A DNA stretch of 64,000 nt, from the NCBI GenBank assembly GCA_905233945.1, contig CAJOFY010000003.1, positions 155 to 64,154 of the forward strand, written 5' to 3'. Below, in pieces: positions 30,212 through 40,270 of this stretch. The notes beneath the pieces were generated by a model that ran no database searches, was not told where the DNA came from, and was given only the letters and a program-made list of their open reading frames with translations. The position numbers and the translations under genes were made by a program. Source of the stretch: an uncultured bacterium (GTDB lineage: Bacteria; UBP6; UBA1177). Position 1 is the stretch's first letter. The number at the start of each line of letters is the position of its first letter.

Positions 30212-31225
30212 ATGAAAAAATTTTTGCTTTTTATGCTCTTTATGAGCTTGTTTTTCCTTATTTCATGCGGTTCAGGAGAAACCGATACTGAAGAACTTTC
30301 CGATATTCCGGACTGGGATTACTCCAATGCTGTAACAGACGACGAAGCAGAAGATTCAGCAGCTCCGATCGATAACGGAGACACCGATACGGCGGATCCG
30401 GCTCCTGACAATGGAGACACCCTGCAGCCGGATGAATCCAACATTTCCGATGAAATTCCGGACAACGAAAACTCTCTTCCGGAAGGCTGCGGCAATGAAA
30501 CCGTCGAATACAGCGAAAGATGCGATTCCTCTGCTCCGATAACATGTTCCAGTCTTAATTCCAATATGTCGGGAAAAACAAACTGCCTTGAAGACTGCAC
30601 CGCTTTCGACATGTCAAGCTGCGACAAAAAAATCTGGGGCGTTCTCAATGTCCGCTTCTTCACAAAATTCATACTTGACAACGCAAAAACCGGCGATCCG
30701 AGCTATCTGGCACAGGGTACACTCCCCTACTCCGCTTTCAACGGGCTTTACGGCGACACGACCAAATTTTTCCCGCAAAGCGGCGACGGCTCGGTTTCAT
30801 TCGCAGTAACAGATAACTATACCGGTACTTTCGGTGCAAACAAACGCCAGCTTTTCGTAAAACAGATTCCCTCTTCGGATTATCCGAGACACGAGCTGGA
30901 ATTTGCTCCCGGCACGATAAAAAACGGCGCTGAATACCGCATAAATGCCGTTTCTCTCTTTGATCTGGCAGACAATCTGCTTAAACTTGTCCGTTACAGA
31001 CTTGTGGACAAACAGAGCGGGCAGGAATGTATAATGGGTATCGGTTATTCGGGTTCTGTTTTCATAACCTCCGTTTTCCCTGAAAATGCCGACCTGTACG
31101 AAGGCGGAAGCATCGAAATCGTCGCAAACAACGTCGATTTCTACTATCCGACTGAAGTTCCTGGACTTGACGAGGAAACTACCGTTCCCGAAGAAGTTCT
31201 CAAATATCCGATCTGCTCAAAATAA
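30212..31225 (+). CDS. Lipoprotein with acidic tether and Cys-rich module
   Basis: Lipobox LISC; Asp/Glu-rich segment; CGN...ERCD...C...C...C module. Confidence 0.75.
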   Translation: MKKFLLFMLFMSLFFLISCGSGETDTEELSDIPDWDYSNAVTDDEAEDSAAPIDNGDTDTADPAPDNGDTLQPDESNISDEIPDNENSLPEGCGNETVEYSERCDSSAPITCSSLNSNMSGKTNCLEDCTAFDMSSCDKKIWGVLNVRFFTKFILDNAKTGDPSYLAQGTLPYSAFNGLYGDTTKFFPQSGDGSVSFAVTDNYTGTFGANKRQLFVKQIPSSDYPRHELEFAPGTIKNGAEYRINAVSLFDLADNLLKLVRYRLVDKQSGQECIMGIGYSGSVFITSVFPENADLYEGGSIEIVANNVDFYYPTEVPGLDEETTVPEEVLKYPICSK

Positions 31226-31234
31226 TTTCAATTC

Positions 31235-32575
31235 ATGTATTTCGACAGAATCAATTCCACAATCTGCGCGCTCGCCACAGCAAAAGGGAGCAGCATCGGA
31301 ATAATCAGAGTAAGCGGCAAAAAGGCGTTTGAAATCGCAGAAAAACTCACCGGCAGGACAAAATTCGAGCATAAAAAAGCCGATTTTGTGAAAATTTTTG
31401 ACGGTGAACAAGTGGTTGAAAAGTGCCTGATACTTCCTTTTCATGCACCTTTCAGCTTCACGGGCGAGGATGTGGCCGAATTTCATGTCCACGGCGCAGC
31501 CGAAAACGCATCCGAAATCATGAGACTCATATTCAAAAACGGCGCGATACCCGCATTAAAAGGGGAGTTCTCGTTCAGAGCGGTTCTCAATTCAAAAATG
31601 AGCGTCGACGAGGCGATAGCCCTAAATACTGTCATAACATCGGAAAACCCTTTTTCGACCGACCTTTCACGCAGGGCAGCATTTGAAAAAAACCCGCTTG
31701 AAAAGCTGAGCGGACTCATTCCGCAGTGGGAGTATTTCCGCACTTTGGCCACTGCTGTCGTGGATTTCCCGGATCAGGTCTCCACTGACATCGATTTTGA
31801 AAAACTGAAAGATCTTATAAAACGCTCAAACCTCGATATTTCCAAGGTTTTAGCCAATTCCGAGGCTCTTTCCAGGCTTCTGGACTACCATATTGTCATT
31901 TTAGGCAAGCCCAATGTCGGAAAGTCCTCTCTTTTCAATATCTTAATCGAACGCGACCGTGCAATTGTCGCAGATTTACCGGGAACGACACGCGACTACA
32001 TCTCTGAAACCTTTTATGCAAAGGGGTTTCAGGCACTTTTAACAGACTCTGCAGGGCTCAGAATCGCTTCATCTGAAGTCGAAGCAAAAGGGATAGAAAA
32101 GAGCCGAAACCTGCTTGAAAAGGGGGATTTGCTGATTTTAGTCTTTGACGGTTCGAAGCCGCTTGACCTTGAAGATTTGGAATTATTGCACGAAACCTGC
32201 ATGAAACCTAGGTTACTCGTTAAAAACAAGTGCGATTTCGCCCAGGCTGAGAATCCCGAACTCGACGGAGCAATTGAAATAAGCTGCAAAGAGAGCAGGG
32301 GAATCGATGTTTTGGTCGACAAGATCTGCGAAAACATCGAAAAAAACATGCCAGACAAAAACGAGGCGATATTTTTCAGTGACTGGCAGAAGAAAAAAGC
32401 GGAAGAAATTCTGGACAAGATGGAAGAGCTCAAAGTTTATCTAAACTCTGACCAAATTGAAATTATACTTTTCTTTATTTCAGAAATTTTCAACGGGATC
32501 CGCGATCTCGCCGGCGACTTGACGAGCCACGATGTCTACGAACAGATTTTCGGCGGTTTCTGCCTGGGGAAATGA
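31235..32575 (+). CDS. mnmE: tRNA modification GTPase MnmE
   Basis: IIRVSG, SFTGED, GKPNVGKSS, GTTRD, NKCD, terminal FCLGK. Confidence 0.95.
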   Translation: MYFDRINSTICALATAKGSSIGIIRVSGKKAFEIAEKLTGRTKFEHKKADFVKIFDGEQVVEKCLILPFHAPFSFTGEDVAEFHVHGAAENASEIMRLIFKNGAIPALKGEFSFRAVLNSKMSVDEAIALNTVITSENPFSTDLSRRAAFEKNPLEKLSGLIPQWEYFRTLATAVVDFPDQVSTDIDFEKLKDLIKRSNLDISKVLANSEALSRLLDYHIVILGKPNVGKSSLFNILIERDRAIVADLPGTTRDYISETFYAKGFQALLTDSAGLRIASSEVEAKGIEKSRNLLEKGDLLILVFDGSKPLDLEDLELLHETCMKPRLLVKNKCDFAQAENPELDGAIEISCKESRGIDVLVDKICENIEKNMPDKNEAIFFSDWQKKKAEEILDKMEELKVYLNSDQIEIILFFISEIFNGIRDLAGDLTSHDVYEQIFGGFCLGK

Positions 32576-32714
32576 TGAGAACAAGACCTGATTTTCAAAA
32601 TAACGCCGTATTTGGCGCGTGTTCGACGATTTTTTACAAAACGACTGTTGACAAGCGTTTGGTCACATTTTTGCGTCAGATCTCAAATTTGAAAGCCGTT
32701 TTTCAGAGGTCTTT

Positions 32715-34580
32715 ATGAAGAATTTTGATGTCATTGTCATCGGCGGAGGACACGCCGGAATCGAAGCCGCTTACGCTTCTTCAAAAACAAAAGCGAAAAC
32801 TCTCCTCGTCACGATCTCAATCGACAAAATAGGGGAGATGTCTTGCAATCCTTCGATCGGCGGACAGGCAAAAGGGCAGCTCGTGCGCGAAGTCGATATG
32901 CTGGGCGGAGTTATGGGCCGCGCCGCCGATTTCGCCGCGATCCAATACCGCGTTTTAAACAGAAGAAAAGGGCCGGCGGTTCAGGCTTTGCGCGCTCAGT
33001 GCGACAAAAATCTCTACAAAAATTTCATACAGGCTTTCCTTTTCAAAGTCGAAAATCTCACCGTTTTTCAGGGCGAAATCGTTTCGCTTACTCATGAAAA
33101 TTCAACTTTTACAGTGAAATCGAAAGACGGTTTTATATTCTCGGCGAAGTCGGTCGTCATCACGAGCGGAACCTTTCTGAACGGTAAAATCCATATCGGA
33201 CGCGACACTTTTTCGAGCGGCAGGCTAGGGGAGCCGGCAGCGGTCGAACTTTCCGATTTTCTGGTTGATTTAGGTCATAAAAAATTCCGTCTCAAAACAG
33301 GAACTCCTGTCAGGATCGTCGGCAGCACGATCGATTTTTCGCAGATGGAGATCCAGCCTGGCGAAACAGATTACACACCGTTTTCGGTGCGGACCGAAGG
33401 TTTCCTGCAGAAGCAGATCCCGTGTTTTCTGACGCGGACGAGCGAAAAAACGAGAGAAGCGATCATCTCGAATCTAGATCTTTCTCCGATGTACGGAAGC
33501 TGCAAGTCGATTGAAGGAATCGGCCCGCGTTACTGCCCTTCGATAGAAGACAAATTCATGAAATTTCCCGAAAAGGAATCTCATCAGATTTTTATAGAAC
33601 CCGAAGGCTGGGACTGCCGCGAATACTACCCGAACGGAATTTCAACTTCGCTTCCGGTTTTCGTTCAGCAGAAAATTCTGGAATCGATTCCGGGGCTTGA
33701 AAATGCCGAAATTTCACGTCCGGCTTACGCGATCGAATATGATGCATACGACCCGTCTGATCTCAAAACGACTCTCGAAAGCAAGTTCGTCCGCGGCCTT
33801 TTTTTCGCAGGCCAAGTAAACGGAACAAGCGGATACGAGGAAGCTGCGGCACAAGGTCTGGTTGCAGGAGCAAACGCCGGATTTTACGCAACCGAAAACG
33901 GGAAAAATCTGATCCTCGAGCGTTCCGATTCATACACCGGAGTAATGATAAGCGACATCACGGCAAAAGGAGTAGATGAGCCTTACCGTATGTTCACTTC
34001 GCGCGCCGAATTCAGACTTTCGGTCCGCGACAACAATACTGCAGAAAGGCTGCTCGAAAAATCTTTCGCGGCGGGCCTTATCGACGAAAAAATTTATGAA
34101 ATTGAAAAGGCAAAATGCGAACGCGTTCAGGATCTGATTTCTGAAATAAACTCTTTCCAGATTTATCCGACAGCCGAGATAAATAAAAAATTGGAAGAAG
34201 TAGGGGAGGCGCCGCTTTCAAAGGCCGGCAATCTTGCGACTTTGCTTCGCAGACCTTGCGTTTCGCGCAGCTCCATAGAGGCTGTGACGGGTTATGTTTC
34301 ACGTGAAACATCCGAAATCTGGAACCGTGCCGAGGTTGAAATCAAATATTCATCTTTCATCGAGAGAGAAAAAGAAGAAATCAAAAAATTCGAGAATCTC
34401 TCCGCCATAAAAATTCCCGAAGATTTTGATTTCAGCAATTTGAGCGGACTCACAAACGAAGTCAAGCAGAAACTTGCGAAACATAAACCGGCAAATCTGG
34501 CCGAAGCCTCGGCGATTCCCGGAATAACTCCGGCGGCGGTTTCAATTTTGATAATGCATTTGAAAAAAGACCATGAATAA
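32715..34580 (+). CDS. mnmG: tRNA uridine 5-carboxymethylaminomethyl modification enzyme MnmG/GidA
   Basis: [51 protein letters not shown]. Confidence 0.98.
   Translation: MKNFDVIVIGGGHAGIEAAYASSKTKAKTLLVTISIDKIGEMSCNPSIGGQAKGQLVREVDMLGGVMGRAADFAAIQYRVLNRRKGPAVQALRAQCDKNLYKNFIQAFLFKVENLTVFQGEIVSLTHENSTFTVKSKDGFIFSAKSVVITSGTFLNGKIHIGRDTFSSGRLGEPAAVELSDFLVDLGHKKFRLKTGTPVRIVGSTIDFSQMEIQPGETDYTPFSVRTEGFLQKQIPCFLTRTSEKTREAIISNLDLSPMYGSCKSIEGIGPRYCPSIEDKFMKFPEKESHQIFIEPEGWDCREYYPNGISTSLPVFVQQKILESIPGLENAEISRPAYAIEYDAYDPSDLKTTLESKFVRGLFFAGQVNGTSGYEEAAAQGLVAGANAGFYATENGKNLILERSDSYTGVMISDITAKGVDEPYRMFTSRAEFRLSVRDNNTAERLLEKSFAAGLIDEKIYEIEKAKCERVQDLISEINSFQIYPTAEINKKLEEVGEAPLSKAGNLATLLRRPCVSRSSIEAVTGYVSRETSEIWNRAEVEIKYSSFIEREKEEIKKFENLSAIKIPEDFDFSNLSGLTNEVKQKLAKHKPANLAEASAIPGITPAAVSILIMHLKKDHE
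34295..34310. promoter_or_regulatory. parS site (perfect) inside mnmG
   Basis: TGTTTCACGTGAAACA, encoding VSRET. Confidence 0.9.
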
Positions 34581-35211
34581 AGAGAAAAACGAAAATGTTT
34601 CACGTGAAACATTGCACAAAATACTCGGCTTAACACTTGAAAAATACGGCATTTTTGTTTCGGAAGACTTCGCTGAAAAAGCGTTTGGATTCTGGGAAGA
34701 ACTCGTCTTTTGGAACAAAACCCACAACCTCACGACCGTCACCGGTTTTTATGAATCGGCGCTTGTTCACTTTGCCGATTCTTTGTTTCCGGCAAGTGAA
34801 AAAAATGTCTTTTTCGACAGCGCGAAAGTTTTGGATTTGGGAACCGGCGGCGGATTTCCCGGAATACCGCTCGCGCTTTATTTTCCGAAAGCAAACTTTG
34901 ATCTTCTCGACAAAAGCAGAAAAAAAATCTCGTTTATCAGTCTGACCGCGGCGAAACTCGGAATCGGAAACGTCACCGGAATAAACGAAAACTTTTTCTC
35001 GATTACAGACAAATACGATGTTGTCGTTTCAAGAGCCGTCCGAATCGACGAAGAGATTTTCGGACATTGCAGAAAAATAATAAACCCGAACGGCCATCTT
35101 GTCGTTTTTTACTCGTCGCAGCAGACACCTTTTGAAGAAAAATCTCTTGAATACACTAAAACCTATTCCTTTGAAAAAGGGGAGAGGGTTATAGCATTTT
35201 ACAGGTTTTAG
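34573..35211 (+). CDS. rsmG: 16S rRNA m7G527 methyltransferase RsmG/GidB
   Basis: [32 protein letters not shown]; follows mnmG. Confidence 0.95.
   Translation: MNKEKNENVSRETLHKILGLTLEKYGIFVSEDFAEKAFGFWEELVFWNKTHNLTTVTGFYESALVHFADSLFPASEKNVFFDSAKVLDLGTGGGFPGIPLALYFPKANFDLLDKSRKKISFISLTAAKLGIGNVTGINENFFSITDKYDVVVSRAVRIDEEIFGHCRKIINPNGHLVVFYSSQQTPFEEKSLEYTKTYSFEKGERVIAFYRF
34596..34611. promoter_or_regulatory. parS site (perfect) inside the 5' end of rsmG
   Basis: TGTTTCACGTGAAACA, encoding VSRET. Confidence 0.9.
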
Positions 35212-35230
35212 AATCAGACAGATTCTTAGC

Positions 35231-37225
35231 TCAGAATGATTTTACAGCCTTGACGATATTTTCAGCGGTGAAACCGTATTTTTCCATCACCTGACTTCCG
35301 GGAGCAGACGTTCCGAATGAGTCAACAGCGATTATCTTCCCTTTGTCGCCTGCGTATTTTTCCCAGCCGAAACTTGTTCCCGCTTCAACGACGACGCGGT
35401 TTTTGACCGATTTCGGAAGCACTGATTCCCTGTATTTTGCAGGCTGTTTCTCGAATGTTTCACGTGAAACCATGTCGACGACGCGCACTTTCAATCCCTC
35501 TTTTCTCAAAGTTTCGGCAGCATCAAGGGCGATGTGGACTTCCGAACCGGTAGCAATGATTATTGTGTCCGGATTTGCTTCCTCAAGAATCGAATAAGCA
35601 CCTTTGAGAGCATTTTCGGCAGCGGCATATTTCGTTCTGTCGATGACCGGAACATCCTGACGCGTCAGAATAAGGGCTACGGGCTGATTTTTGTTTTCAA
35701 GAATATGTTTCCACGCGACCGACACTTCGTTTGCGTCAGCCGGACGCCATACTTCAAGACCTGGAATGCAACGAAGCGTTGCAAGTTGTTCGACCGGCTG
35801 ATGAGTCGGGCCGTCCTCGCCTACCGCAAGAGAATCATGCGTGAAAAGGAATATCGAGCCCAATTTCGCAAGCGCCGCAAGCCTTATCGGAGGTCTCATA
35901 TAGTCGACAAACGAGAAAAATGTTCCGGTGTAGGGTTTCAGCATTCCGTGGTAGAAAATGCCGTTTGCGATAGCTCCCATCGCGTGTTCGCGGACTCCGA
36001 AGTGGATGTTTCTGCCCGAAAAATCGTCGGCCGAGATCCATTTTTCGCCAGAAATCGTCGTTTTCGTCGAGCAGCTGAGGTCGGCATCGCCGCCTACGAG
36101 CCAGGGAACTGCTTTGCCGAGAGCAGCAAGGACTTTTCCGTCCGCGGCACGTGTCGCCATTTTCGTTCCCGCTTCGAATTTCGGTAAAATTCTGTCTAAA
36201 TCGCCGGTTTCAAGAGACTGCATCTGCTTGAATTGAGCCGCTTCTTCGGGATATTTCGCCGAATATTCCGCAAAAAGTTTGTTCCAAGCCGAAAAAGCCC
36301 TGTTCCCGGCGCGTTTTACCGAAGCGAAATCCTTTTTGACATCGTCATCGACAAAGAAAAATTTGTCGGGATCCATTCCGAAACCCTTTTTAACTGCCGC
36401 AAGTTCATCCGCGCCGAGCGGAGAACCGTGTGAAGACGAGCTTCCCGCCTTGTTCGGAGAGCCGAAGCCGATAGTCGTTTTGACAATGATAAGTGTCGGT
36501 TTTGACTGCTCTTTTTTCGCCTTTGCTATCGCGCGGTCGATCGATTTGAGATCTTTGTTGCCGTCAGCAACGGTAAGTACCTGAAAACCGTAGCTTTCAA
36601 AGTGCTTTTTGACATCTTCGGTGAAAGTCAGCGAAGTCGGCCCGTCAAGCGAAATATCGTTTGAATCGTAGAGAAGAATAAGTTTCCCGAGTTTGAGGTG
36701 CCCCGCTAACGATGCCGCTTCGGAAGCAATTCCTTCCATCATGCAGCCGTCGCCCAAAAGCGCGTAAGTGAAGTGATCGATCAGCTCGAAACCAGGCTTA
36801 TTGAACCTTGCGGCAAGCATTTTTTCAGCTATCGCCATGCCGACTGCATTCGCGACACCCTGGCCGAGCGGGCCTGTGGAAGCGTCAACGCCGGGAGTTA
36901 CGCCGAATTCCGGATGTCCCGGAGTTTTGCTGCCGAGCTGCCTGAAATTTTTCAGATCGTCCATCGAAAGTTTGTAGCCGGCAAGATGAAGCATTGAATA
37001 GAGAAGCGCGCTGCCGTGCCCTGCCGAAAGAACGAATCTGTCGCGGTTTATCCAGTCGGGATGCACCGGAGAAACCTTGAGATGCCGCTTCCAGAGCGTG
37101 TAAGCCATCGGTGCAGCACCCATCGGAAGGCCGGGATGCCCCGAATTCGCCTTCTGGATCATGTCAGCGGACAAAACTCTTATAGTGTTGACACTTTTTG
37201 CTGAAAAATTATCGGGAAAAGCCAT
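35231..37225 (-). CDS. tkt: Transketolase
   Basis: [49 protein letters not shown]. Confidence 0.98.
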   Translation of the reverse strand: MAFPDNFSAKSVNTIRVLSADMIQKANSGHPGLPMGAAPMAYTLWKRHLKVSPVHPDWINRDRFVLSAGHGSALLYSMLHLAGYKLSMDDLKNFRQLGSKTPGHPEFGVTPGVDASTGPLGQGVANAVGMAIAEKMLAARFNKPGFELIDHFTYALLGDGCMMEGIASEAASLAGHLKLGKLILLYDSNDISLDGPTSLTFTEDVKKHFESYGFQVLTVADGNKDLKSIDRAIAKAKKEQSKPTLIIVKTTIGFGSPNKAGSSSSHGSPLGADELAAVKKGFGMDPDKFFFVDDDVKKDFASVKRAGNRAFSAWNKLFAEYSAKYPEEAAQFKQMQSLETGDLDRILPKFEAGTKMATRAADGKVLAALGKAVPWLVGGDADLSCSTKTTISGEKWISADDFSGRNIHFGVREHAMGAIANGIFYHGMLKPYTGTFFSFVDYMRPPIRLAALAKLGSIFLFTHDSLAVGEDGPTHQPVEQLATLRCIPGLEVWRPADANEVSVAWKHILENKNQPVALILTRQDVPVIDRTKYAAAENALKGAYSILEEANPDTIIIATGSEVHIALDAAETLRKEGLKVRVVDMVSRETFEKQPAKYRESVLPKSVKNRVVVEAGTSFGWEKYAGDKGKIIAVDSFGTSAPGSQVMEKYGFTAENIVKAVKSF
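35456..35471. promoter_or_regulatory. parS site (1 mismatch) inside tkt
   Basis: TGTTTCACGTGAAACC; reads VSRET on the minus strand. Confidence 0.85.
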
Positions 37226-37471
37226 TTCTTTCTCCATAAAAAGTTCACAAATCGGCTGAATATACAAAAAAATAGACAAACGACAAGATAAAAATGAGGT
37301 TAAATCTATCTTTTGAAAAAGTTTTTACGCTACAGAAGATTTTCCAGAAAAACTTGAGTGGGAGAGTTTTTCTATCCGGAAATGCTTAACAATTATAATA
37401 AACTATTGCTATTTCCAATTCAGCGCTTATAATTTACGATTGTGCGTTGTTTATATTTCGGAGGTGGAACC

Positions 37472-37681
37472 ATGAGTTACGAAACAATTATCAAGGAAAC
37501 GACAACACTTTCAAGAATAGAGCAGTTAAATCTTCTCGCCTATCTTGCAAACTTGATAAAGGAAAGCGAGGAAAAAGATTTTTCACTTGAAAAAGCTGTT
37601 TCTGACTCCCTTAACATGACAAATCTTTACGGACCGTTCGATTCTGCGGAAGAAGCTGTTTCTTCAATGATGGAGGACTAA
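37472..37681 (+). CDS. Probable antitoxin (acidic; RelB/DinJ-like C-terminus)
   Basis: Small acidic ORF ending YGPFDSAEEAVSSMMED directly upstream of a YafQ-like toxin; GGAGG RBS. Confidence 0.7.
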   Translation: MSYETIIKETTTLSRIEQLNLLAYLANLIKESEEKDFSLEKAVSDSLNMTNLYGPFDSAEEAVSSMMED

Positions 37682-37683
37682 AA

Positions 37684-37961
37684 TTGTATAGCATAGTCTA
37701 CACCAGCAGGATGAAGCGCGATGCAAAATTGATGAAAAACGCGGAAAAGATATGTCCAAACTCGTTCACATTCTTGATCTGCTGTCAACAGGGGTTCAGT
37801 TATCCGACGAAAACAGAGACCATCAGCTTACAGGCAATCTCAAAGATTTCAGGGAATGCCACATTGAAAGCGACTGGCTTCTAATGTACCGGATTATTGA
37901 AGACAAACTGATACTCTCTGCCACTGCTACCGGCACTCATTCAGATATTTTCGGAAAATAA
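37684..37961 (+). pseudogene. YafQ-family mRNA interferase toxin, split by a 1-nt frameshift
   Basis: MYSIVYTSRMKRDAKLMK in one frame and RGKDMSKL...DHQLTG...RECHIESDWLLMY...TGTHSDIF in another; the shift is at the A5 run 37735-37739. Confidence 0.8.
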
Positions 37962-37972
37962 AAAAATTCTAA

Positions 37973-38734
37973 CTAAAGAAGATTTTCCAGAAAAACTTTG
38001 TTGAGACTATCCCAATTTGACGAATATTCCTCGTTTTTTGTCAATAGAACAGCTTCGATTTCGGCAATATTTTTCTGGATAAAAGTGTCAAGAGTTTTGA
38101 TGCGCTCTCCTTCTGTTTTCTCCAGATTGTGCTTTTTTGCTTCGAGAAGCCGCATAAAATCGTCTTCGATTTCACTGGGAAGAGAGCCGGTGTAAAGTTT
38201 TGAAAAAAGTGTCGGCGGCGGGCTTTTTTTCTCGAGAATCCAGCGGCATGCAAAGATCGGGCGCAGCGCATAAAGATATTTTTTGAGGATGACTTTATCA
38301 TCTTTGAAGTAGGCACGAAGCTGGTTTTTCGCTATTGAAAGGTAGTGATAAAGCATCCGTTTTTCCGAAAAATATTCAGGCATTACGCTCTGCAAATGCT
38401 GCCACTGCTCTGTCAAGCGGTAAACCACCGGCGAATCGGCCCATTCGAAAATCACCGGGTTCGATTTGTACAAAAGCGTGAGCAGTTTTTTTATATCCCA
38501 GCCGTTGATGTCATAAATGTCGTTCAGTTCATATTCAATCACGTCGCGGACGCTGTCCAGTCTCAGATAGTCGCGGATGTCCCGCACATAGACGAAACGC
38601 ACGTCGTAATCGCTGTCCGGCGAGGCGAAACCCCACGCACGGCTGCCGCTTTCGCAGGCATAGATTATCTTCACATTGTGTTTCTGCTCGATTTCTGAAA
38701 GTTTCTCTTTGATTATTTCTTCAATATTTGACAT
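37973..38734 (-). CDS. Nucleotidyltransferase, Pol-beta superfamily (YcgL/RlaP-like)
   Basis: CESGSRAWGFASPDSDYDVRFVY, GWDIKK, KKYLYALRP. Confidence 0.9.
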   Translation of the reverse strand: MSNIEEIIKEKLSEIEQKHNVKIIYACESGSRAWGFASPDSDYDVRFVYVRDIRDYLRLDSVRDVIEYELNDIYDINGWDIKKLLTLLYKSNPVIFEWADSPVVYRLTEQWQHLQSVMPEYFSEKRMLYHYLSIAKNQLRAYFKDDKVILKKYLYALRPIFACRWILEKKSPPPTLFSKLYTGSLPSEIEDDFMRLLEAKKHNLEKTEGERIKTLDTFIQKNIAEIEAVLLTKNEEYSSNWDSLNKVFLENLL

Positions 38735-38761
38735 TTTGTCTCCATACCGCCACGTTCCGAT

Positions 38762-39271
38762 CTATTTTTCCCTCATTTCAATGCAGAAAAGTTCGAGCGG
38801 TAAGTGGCAGTAACCGTTAGGATTTTTGACAAGATACTTCTGGTGGTACTCTTCAGCCGGATAGAAATTTTCAAGCGGTTTGACTTCGACTGCGAACTTC
38901 TCGGCCTTTGAACCGAGAACGAGTTTTTCGCTTTTTACCGCCGCTTCGATGTCAGGAAGAAGTGATCCATCGGTGTAGTAGATCCCTGTGCGGTATTGAA
39001 TGCCGCAGTCGCATCCCTGCTGGTTGACCGAAAGCGGATCGATAGCACGGAAATAGTATCCGAGCAGCTTTTGCGTCGGCAAAACCGCTTCGTCGTATTC
39101 GATTTTTACCGTTTCGGCATGTCCGCTCCCTTCGCACACATCGCGGTATGACGGATTTTCTGTTTTTCCGTTGGCATAACCCGTTTCTGTTGATTTTACA
39201 CCCGAAAACTGGTCAAAAAAGCGCTGCGTTCCCCAGAAACAGCCCCCTGCAAGATAAATTGTTTTCATCAA
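38762..39271 (-). CDS. msrA: Peptide methionine sulfoxide reductase MsrA
   Basis: AGGCFWG, GHAETV, QYRTGIY, AEEYHQKYL, GYCH. Confidence 0.96.
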   Translation of the reverse strand: MMKTIYLAGGCFWGTQRFFDQFSGVKSTETGYANGKTENPSYRDVCEGSGHAETVKIEYDEAVLPTQKLLGYYFRAIDPLSVNQQGCDCGIQYRTGIYYTDGSLLPDIEAAVKSEKLVLGSKAEKFAVEVKPLENFYPAEEYHQKYLVKNPNGYCHLPLELFCIEMREK

Positions 39272-39286
39272 AACCTCCGTTAAACC

Positions 39287-39356
39287 TTGCCTTTTTACGG
39301 CTTTTTTCTATAATTCCGCGTTTTTTGTTTATCAACTTTTTAAGGAGAGAAAAATG
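39287..39356 (+). promoter_or_regulatory. Promoter and leader, copy 1 of a duplicated cassette
   Basis: TTGCCT-16 bp-TATAAT-TCCGCG...AGGAGAGAAAAATG; near-identical to 41747-41816. Confidence 0.7.
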
Positions 39357-40232
39357 AAAAAGTTTTTGGTTTTCGCAGCTATTTTTGCTGCAACTTTTAT
39401 GATGATGTCATGCGGCGGAAGCAGTATCACCGGTGACGGGTACTATACCGACGGACACAAAGTATGCTCCGATTACTCCGACTCCGGAGACTGCAAAGGA
39501 CACGATGTCAGAGCCTGTGCTGAAGGCGATGACCTTTGGTATGAGGTAGAAGGAACCGGCAAAAAATTCAAATGCGACGATGGTGACTGCACTAAAGCTG
39601 CATTCGAACTGAACAACTACTGCTACGACACAAACATTGATTACAACGAGGAAGACGGTGCGACTTGCGTTACGACCGAAGAACCTGACACCTGCGGCGG
39701 CAAAGCTGTCAAATTCTGCACGAAAGATGAATCCTACTGGTATGAAGTAGACGGCAAAAAATACGAATGTAAAGACGCCGGTTCGGAAGAGTGCACTCAG
39801 GCAATGATGGATTTCTCAACATACTGCGCTAAAGCCGAAGAAGAAGCGGAAGAAGACGGCGAATCGGGATTCGAAACCGAACCGACAGCATATCTGCCGG
39901 CATCTCATGCAGGCAAAATCATCGAAGCATGGTACATGCTCAAAGAAGCAGATGAAGACAAAATAAAAATCGAAGCCGTTTTCCTGTTCCAGGATTTCTC
40001 GCTGGTAGTAACAAGCGCCAAGGTTTATTCCGTAGAAGACGGCAGAGAACCCGAGGATAAAATCAACGCAGAAGGCACATTCACGATCACTTCCGGCAGT
40101 TATAACGACGGTACAGCCCATGTTGATACGGGTGAAATGCAGTTCGATGTCACAATCACCGACGGTGTACTCTATGCTATGGAAGAAGAATTCATCAAGC
40201 AGGACAATGGCTATGCTCCCGAACCGCGATAG
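39354..40232 (+). CDS. Lipoprotein with two tandem Cys-rich repeats
   Basis: Lipobox MMSC; repeated C.G..V..C......WYEV...KK..C...CT.A......YC. Confidence 0.75.
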   Translation: MKKFLVFAAIFAATFMMMSCGGSSITGDGYYTDGHKVCSDYSDSGDCKGHDVRACAEGDDLWYEVEGTGKKFKCDDGDCTKAAFELNNYCYDTNIDYNEEDGATCVTTEEPDTCGGKAVKFCTKDESYWYEVDGKKYECKDAGSEECTQAMMDFSTYCAKAEEEAEEDGESGFETEPTAYLPASHAGKIIEAWYMLKEADEDKIKIEAVFLFQDFSLVVTSAKVYSVEDGREPEDKINAEGTFTITSGSYNDGTAHVDTGEMQFDVTITDGVLYAMEEEFIKQDNGYAPEPR

Positions 40233-40270
40233 GAATCGCATCCCGATTTTTTGATTTTTGAGGTCCAGTC

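Larger units (their letters stand above)
37330..37998. repeat. 26-bp direct repeats flanking the toxin-antitoxin module
   Basis: CTACAGAAGATTTTCCAGAAAAACTT (37330-37355) and CTAAAGAAGATTTTCCAGAAAAACTT (37973-37998), 25/26 identical. Confidence 0.85.
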
